DNA from: Hydrurus foetidus
Lineage: Eukaryota
NCBI GenBank assembly: GCA_900617105.1
Contig: UYFQ01000001.1
Span: 2,480,001 to 2,544,000 of the forward strand
Length of the DNA stretch: 64,000 nt
Reading direction: 5' to 3'
The notes under the pieces were generated by a model, which saw only the letters and a list, made by a program, of their open reading frames with translations, searched no databases and was not told the origin of the DNA. This document shows, piece after piece, positions 58,828 through 64,000 of this stretch; positions within the stretch are counted from its first letter, which is position 1; every line of letters starts with the position of its first letter. The translations under genes and the position numbers were made by a program.

Positions 58828-59534
58828 CTAAAGATCTCCTGACCATAGAAAAATTGCACGCGTGGTACGGCGAGTCGCACATCCTGCACGGCGTAAACAT
58901 GACCGTCAACGAAGGTGAAGTGGTCACACTGCTCGGGCGCAATGGTGCTGGCCGAACCACCACCATGCGAGCCATCATGGGCCTGACTGGGTCGCGCAAA
59001 GGCTCTATCAAAATTGCGGGCGAAGAGTCCATCAAATTGGCACCGCACAAAATTGCTCGCCTCGGCATTGGCGTGGGCTACTGCCCAGAAGAGCGCGGCA
59101 TTTTTGCGTCTTTGAGTGCGGAAGAAAACCTGCTGCTGCCGCCTACCATTGCACCAGGCGGCATGGGCATTGATGAGATTTACGCGATGTTCCCGAACCT
59201 ACAAGAGCGCGCCAGCAGCCCCGGCACTCGGCTGTCGGGTGGAGAGCAGCAAATGCTGGCAGTAGCGCGCATCTTGCGCACAGGTGCACGACTGCTGTTG
59301 CTCGATGAAATTTCTGAAGGTCTGGCGCCGGTCATTGTGCAAAAACTTGCAGAGATGATCCTCACCCTCAAAGCCAAGGGCTACACCATTGTTCTGGTTG
59401 AGCAAAACTTTCGCTTCGCCGCGCCCTTGGCAGATCGTTTTTATGTCATGGAACACGGAACCATCGTCAAACAGTTTGCTCAACCCGAGCTGGCCCAGAA
59501 CATGGGCATGCTGCAGGAATATTTGGGAGTCTGA
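58824..59534 (+). CDS. LivF-like ABC ATPase
   Basis: GRNGAGRTT, LSGGEQQM, LLDE. Confidence 0.92.
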   Translation: MTKDLLTIEKLHAWYGESHILHGVNMTVNEGEVVTLLGRNGAGRTTTMRAIMGLTGSRKGSIKIAGEESIKLAPHKIARLGIGVGYCPEERGIFASLSAEENLLLPPTIAPGGMGIDEIYAMFPNLQERASSPGTRLSGGEQQMLAVARILRTGARLLLLDEISEGLAPVIVQKLAEMILTLKAKGYTIVLVEQNFRFAAPLADRFYVMEHGTIVKQFAQPELAQNMGMLQEYLGV

Positions 59535-59595
59535 CCAGTTCACCTTGGCAGCGTGTATTTCTCTTCACAGTCAACTTATTCAACAGGAGTCATTC

Positions 59596-60810
59596 ATGAA
59601 ATTTGCACACCTCAAACCAGTTATCGCTGCCATCGCCTTTGGCTTGGGTGCGGCTTCGTCTGTGCAAGTGTTAGCCCAAAACACCGGCCCAGTCAAAATC
59701 GGTTTCATCACTGACATGTCTGGCTTGTACGCCGACATTGACGGCCCCGCTGGCGCTGAAATGATCAGGTGGGCGGTGCAAGACTTTGGCGGAAAAGTAC
59801 TGGGCCGCCCGGTTGAAGTGTTGGTGGCCGACCACCAGAACAAGGCCGACGTTGCATCGTCCAAAGCGCGCGAGTGGGTGGACAAAGACGGCTTGGCCAT
59901 GCTGATTGGCGGCACCAGCTCGGGCACAGCGATTGCCATGTCCAAAGTCATGGCGGAGAAAAAGCGGCCCTTCATCGCCATTGGTGCCGGCTCCGCGCGG
60001 CTTACCAACGAGGATTGCACACCTTACACCGTCCACTACGCTTACGACACCGTTGCGCTGGCCAAAGTGGCGGGTACAGCGTTGGTCAAGGCGGGCAATA
60101 AAAGCTGGTACTTTTTGACGGCCGACTATGCGTTTGGCTATTCGCTTGAGGGCGATGCGTCCACATTGGTCAAGGCCAACGGCGGAACGGTTGCCGGTGC
60201 TGTACGTCACCCACTGAATGCGTCTGATTTTTCATCTTTCCTGCTGCAGGCACAGGCGTCAAAAGCGCAAATTCTGGGCCTGGCCAATGCGGGTGGCGAC
60301 ACCATCAACGCGATGAAGGCCGCCAAAGAATTTGGCATCACCAAAACCATGAAGGTGGCTGGCCTGCTGGTGTTTATCAATGACGTGCACAGCCTGGGGC
60401 TGGCCACCACCGAAGGCCTGCAACTGGCTGACAGCTGGTACTGGAACCAGGACGACGCATCACGCAAGTTTGCCTCCCGCTTTTTTGCCAAATACAAACG
60501 CATGCCGTCTAGCATTCAGGCTGCGGATTACTCAGCAGCAGGCAATTACCTGAAAGCGGTACAAACCGCGGGCACGACCGATGCTGACAAAGTCATGAGC
60601 ACGATGAAATCCATGAAGTTCGATGACTTTTACGGCAAGGGCCAAGTGCGTGCAGACGGCCGCATGATTCACGACATGTATTTGTTTGAAGTCAAAAACT
60701 CCAAAGAATCCATCACCCCATGGGACTACTACAAGACGATTGCCAAGGTGCCAGGTGAGCAAGCCTTCACCACAGTGGCTGAGTCCAAGTGTGCACTGCT
60801 TAAAAAGTAA
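59596..60810 (+). CDS. LIV-type periplasmic binding protein
   Basis: Signal peptide, TDMSGLY, ADHQNKAD, TADYAFG, ANAGGD, RADGR. Confidence 0.92.
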   Translation: MKFAHLKPVIAAIAFGLGAASSVQVLAQNTGPVKIGFITDMSGLYADIDGPAGAEMIRWAVQDFGGKVLGRPVEVLVADHQNKADVASSKAREWVDKDGLAMLIGGTSSGTAIAMSKVMAEKKRPFIAIGAGSARLTNEDCTPYTVHYAYDTVALAKVAGTALVKAGNKSWYFLTADYAFGYSLEGDASTLVKANGGTVAGAVRHPLNASDFSSFLLQAQASKAQILGLANAGGDTINAMKAAKEFGITKTMKVAGLLVFINDVHSLGLATTEGLQLADSWYWNQDDASRKFASRFFAKYKRMPSSIQAADYSAAGNYLKAVQTAGTTDADKVMSTMKSMKFDDFYGKGQVRADGRMIHDMYLFEVKNSKESITPWDYYKTIAKVPGEQAFTTVAESKCALLKK

Positions 60811-60846
60811 TCTGAAAATTGAGCCAAGGAAGCAGGCGCACACGTC

Positions 60847-61731
60847 ATGGAAATTTTCGGCATCCCACTGCAAGCCTTTTTAGGTCAACTCTTATTAGGC
60901 TTGGTCAATGGCGCTTTTTACGCGATGTTGAGCCTGGGCCTGGCGGTCATTTTCGGCCTGCTTGGGATTGTTAATTTTGCGCATGGGGCGCTGTACATGC
61001 TGGGCGCTTTCGCAGCGTGGATCATGCTGGACTTGCTGGGCATTAACTACTGGGCGGCGCTGCTGCTAGCGCCCCTTACGGTGGGAATTTTGGGGGTAGT
61101 TATCGAGCGCCTTTTTTTAAAGCATCTGTACAAGCTCGACCCCTTGTACGGATTGCTGCTCACTTTTGGCCTGTCGCTCATTGCTGAAGGCATTTTTCGC
61201 GAACTGTATGGCGTGTCTGGCCAGAGTTACCCGGTACCCGAGCTGTTGTCTGGCGCAACCAACCTGGGTTTTATGGTGCTGCCCAACTACCGCGCGTGGG
61301 TGGTGCTGGCATCACTGGTTGTGTGCTTGGGAACCTGGTTTCTTATTGAGCGCACCCGACTGGGCGCCTACTTGCGCGCAGGCACCGAAAACGCGGCGCT
61401 GGTGCAGGCGTTCGGCATAAATGTGCCGATGATCGTAATGTTGACTTACGGGGCGGGCGCTGCCCTGGCGGCACTTGCCGGTGTCCTGGCCGCACCCATC
61501 ATTCAGGTCAATCCGCTGATGGGGTCGAACCTCATTATTGTGGTGTTTGCCGTGGTGGTGATTGGCGGTATGGGCTCGATTCTGGGGTCGGTCATTACCG
61601 GGCTGGGCTTGGGCATCATTGAAGGGCTGACACGGGTGTTTTACCCGGAAGCATCGAACATTGTGGTGTTTGTCATCATGGTGCTGGTGCTGATGGTCAA
61701 GCCAGCTGGTTTATTCGGCAAGGAGGCTTGA
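60847..61731 (+). CDS. LivH-like permease
   Basis: VNFAHGALY, LLTFG, VVIGGMGS. Confidence 0.92.
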   Translation: MEIFGIPLQAFLGQLLLGLVNGAFYAMLSLGLAVIFGLLGIVNFAHGALYMLGAFAAWIMLDLLGINYWAALLLAPLTVGILGVVIERLFLKHLYKLDPLYGLLLTFGLSLIAEGIFRELYGVSGQSYPVPELLSGATNLGFMVLPNYRAWVVLASLVVCLGTWFLIERTRLGAYLRAGTENAALVQAFGINVPMIVMLTYGAGAALAALAGVLAAPIIQVNPLMGSNLIIVVFAVVVIGGMGSILGSVITGLGLGIIEGLTRVFYPEASNIVVFVIMVLVLMVKPAGLFGKEA

Positions 61732-61733
61732 GC

Positions 61734-62741
61734 ATGAACACAACGTCAAACAGTCTGCTCGGCAAAGCCGCCAAAGTTACCCGTATCACTTATGTCTTGC
61801 TGATGGCATTTGCCATCGCCGCGCCCTTTCTGGGGCTGTATCCGGTGTTTGTGATGAAGCTGCTGTGCTTCGCGCTGTTTGCCTGCGCCTTCAATTTGTT
61901 GCTGGGCTTTACCGGTCTTCTGTCTTTCGGTCATGCGGCCTTTTTTGGTTCTGCTGCGTATGTGACCGGATGGTTCATCAAAACGCAAAACTGGACACCT
62001 GAGCTGGCATTGATAGCGGGCGCTGTTGCCGCTGGATTGATTGGCCTGCTGGTCGGCTTGGTGGCCATTCGCCGCCAGGGCATTTACTTTGCCATGATCA
62101 CGCTGGCGATCGCCCAGATGGTTTACTTTGTGTGTTTGCAAGCGCCTTTTACCGGCGGTGAAGACGGCCTGCAAGGCGTGCCGCGCGGCAAGCTGCTGGG
62201 GGCTTTTTCACTGGAGTCCGACCTGGCTCTGTACTACGTGGTGTTGGCGATTTTTGCAGCCTGCTTTTTGTTCATCACCCGCATTGTGAACTCGCCTTTT
62301 GGGCATGTACTCAAAATGATTCGGGAAAACGAGCCTCGGGCGATTTCGCTGGGCTACCAGGTTGACCGCTACAAACTACTGGCCTTTGTACTGTCTGCTG
62401 CGCTGGCCGGCTTGGCAGGCTCGATGAAGACTTTGGTCATGGGTTTTGCAACGCTGTCTGATGTGCATTGGTCCATGTCGGGCGAAGTGATTTTAATGAC
62501 ACTGCTGGGCGGCGTTGGCACGTTTTTCGGACCAGTCGTCGGCGCGGGCGCGGTGATTTCGCTGCAAAACCTGCTGGCAGACAAGGTGGGTTCGTGGGTG
62601 ACCGTCATCATCGGCGTGGTCTTCGTGTTGTGCGTACTGGCGTTTCGCAAAGGCTTGGTGGGCGAGTTGCAAGCCTTCAGAGAACGGCGGCGCAATGCTG
62701 CTCTGCAAAATAGTCAAACGCAACCGGCAAGCCCCGCCTGA
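61734..62741 (+). CDS. LivM-like permease
   Basis: GFTGLLSFGHA, YFAMITLA, TGGEDG, IRENE. Confidence 0.92.
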   Translation: MNTTSNSLLGKAAKVTRITYVLLMAFAIAAPFLGLYPVFVMKLLCFALFACAFNLLLGFTGLLSFGHAAFFGSAAYVTGWFIKTQNWTPELALIAGAVAAGLIGLLVGLVAIRRQGIYFAMITLAIAQMVYFVCLQAPFTGGEDGLQGVPRGKLLGAFSLESDLALYYVVLAIFAACFLFITRIVNSPFGHVLKMIRENEPRAISLGYQVDRYKLLAFVLSAALAGLAGSMKTLVMGFATLSDVHWSMSGEVILMTLLGGVGTFFGPVVGAGAVISLQNLLADKVGSWVTVIIGVVFVLCVLAFRKGLVGELQAFRERRRNAALQNSQTQPASPA

Positions 62742-62922
62742 ATCACAGGCTGACATCAGGCGAATCAAGCAAAGCTAACCAGCAACCCCTCGGGTTGGCT
62801 TCAAACTAGAGGCCGCTCGACGGTTGCACTGAAGCGCTGATGCTAAAAAAGCTCGAGCAAAGAACGGTATTTGCAAGCGTCTTGCTTTCTTCCGCCTCTT
62901 GCCTTCTTCTGCCTTGGTACCG

Positions 62923-63329
62923 TCAGGCGGCTTTCCGGAAAATATAGTCGGCTTGGTACCTCACGGTTTGCCTGGCGCCCTTGTTGGCTGGGCTGCAAAC
63001 TGAGGCCGGCGCGATGCCACCCGCCAAGGCCACGCGTTGAATGTAGGTCACGCCCTGCATAGCGCCTGCCCCCCATCGCTGGGTTGGCTTTAACCAGTTG
63101 CAGCGGCAAACTGGCGGGGTTGCTGGGCGCTACCGCCAACTGGGTGGCCGTGAGCCTGGAGCCGCCCATCGCCTCCCACGTGGCGGGCGGGCCGAAGTTC
63201 ATGGGTGACATGGCGCCGCAAGCACCAAGCACCAAGGACCAAGCAGCACGGCAGCACGGCAGCACCGCCGGCAGCCACCGCGAAAGTTACACGTTGGGAG
63301 AAAATAAAAGCAGACACAAAAACAGACAC
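62923..63329 (-). pseudogene. DUF3455 family lipoprotein pseudogene
   Basis: LGAC lipobox, GPPATWEAMGGS..LQLVKA; removing one base in the run at 63069-63074 restores GVTYIQRV..GGIAP..C..YQADYIF; 5' end disrupted. Confidence 0.75.
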
Positions 63330-63465
63330 GGCGACGGTCTTGGTGAGTTGGAATAGGCGCGGTGCACGATTAAATCAATGCATAGCTACAGTCCATACCT
63401 AGGCGGCGACTGACTAGATTCACTTACGCAGTTAGCGCCAGTGGGTTCGCCGGGAGGCTAGCCAT

Positions 63466-64000
63466 TTAGTCGTGGCGAAACTGATCTGCGTTTTTGCCTT
63501 TAACGCCGCTGTAAAAGGCCTTGATGGCGGCCATGTCGGCATCAATGTCGCCGGTGGTTTGAAACACGGGCCCCAAGCCACCTACTTTTTTGTCGTAGTC
63601 CAGATACGCCAGAACGATGGGCACGCCTGCGCCTTGGGCAATATAGTAAAAACCGGTTTTCCAAAAGCGGGTGCCGCTGCGTGTGCCCTCGGGCGGCACG
63701 ATGAGCTGCAGCGGGCCAGTGGCCTGCACGATGGCGGCACTGGACGCAGCAACCAGATTGTTGCTTTGCGCGCGGTCAACGGGTATGCCGCCCAGCCACT
63801 TCATGACGCCGCCAAAAGGCGGTTTGAAAATGGACGATTTACCAATCCAGTACACGTTCAGCCGCAGCGAAAAAGCCACCATCAATGTGTAGGGCAAGTC
63901 CCAGTTGCTGGTGTGCGGCGCGGCAATCAACACGCTTTTTGCGGCGTGCGGCGGCAGCTTGCCCACCACCTTCCAGCCTGTCAGGCGAAGAAAGCCAATA
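63466..64000 (-). CDS. Lysophospholipid acyltransferase (PlsC family), 5'-partial
   Basis: APHTSNWD, GGIPVDR, PEGTR, WKTGFY. Confidence 0.9.
   Translation of the reverse strand, partial: IGFLRLTGWKVVGKLPPHAAKSVLIAAPHTSNWDLPYTLMVAFSLRLNVYWIGKSSIFKPPFGGVMKWLGGIPVDRAQSNNLVAASSAAIVQATGPLQLIVPPEGTRSGTRFWKTGFYYIAQGAGVPIVLAYLDYDKKVGGLGPVFQTTGDIDADMAAIKAFYSGVKGKNADQFRHD

Noticed and set aside
52227..62741. Two divergent LIV operons as a recent duplication
   Set aside because: Different gene order, fusion state and sequences; ordinary paralogous transporters
62843..63265. 140-aa ORF as an intact protein
   Set aside because: Its C-terminal half is the off-frame reading of the DUF3455 pseudogene
1..64000. 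Many long antisense or overlapping ORFs in the track; rRNA, tRNA, IS or prophage genes
   Set aside because: Antisense ORFs are expected shadows in GC-rich coding DNA; no RNA-gene, transposase, integrase or phage signature was recognised by eye

Overview
GC-rich betaproteobacterial chromosome segment; gene content suggests Comamonadaceae, possibly Polaromonas-like (inference). From left to right it carries: a fatty-acid beta-oxidation operon with a FadP-like TetR; housekeeping genes (slmA, a two-component pair, argB, H-NS); an AT-richer Wzm/Wzt O-polysaccharide cluster with rmlBDAC; a neutral-lipid/wax-ester and granule gene cluster; a signalling island at ~40.5-50.7 kb; ppk2; two divergent LIV-type ABC operons; a DUF3455 pseudogene and a partial acyltransferase. 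The best candidate for an undescribed system is an alpha-hydroxyketone quorum-sensing locus (cqsA/cqsS/lqsR-like). It is fused to a LuxR-family protein lacking the AHL-binding residues, and two related lux-box-like sites lie in front of the synthase and the sensor. Next to it are a photoactive-yellow-protein homologue that keeps the thioester Cys but has lost the phenolate-binding residues, and a duplicated LysR + hypothetical module sharing one operator motif with it. Three repeat families occur, several copies in-frame inside genes. No rRNA, tRNA, CRISPR or transposase was seen. All calls are by eye from sequence motifs; no database searches were run.
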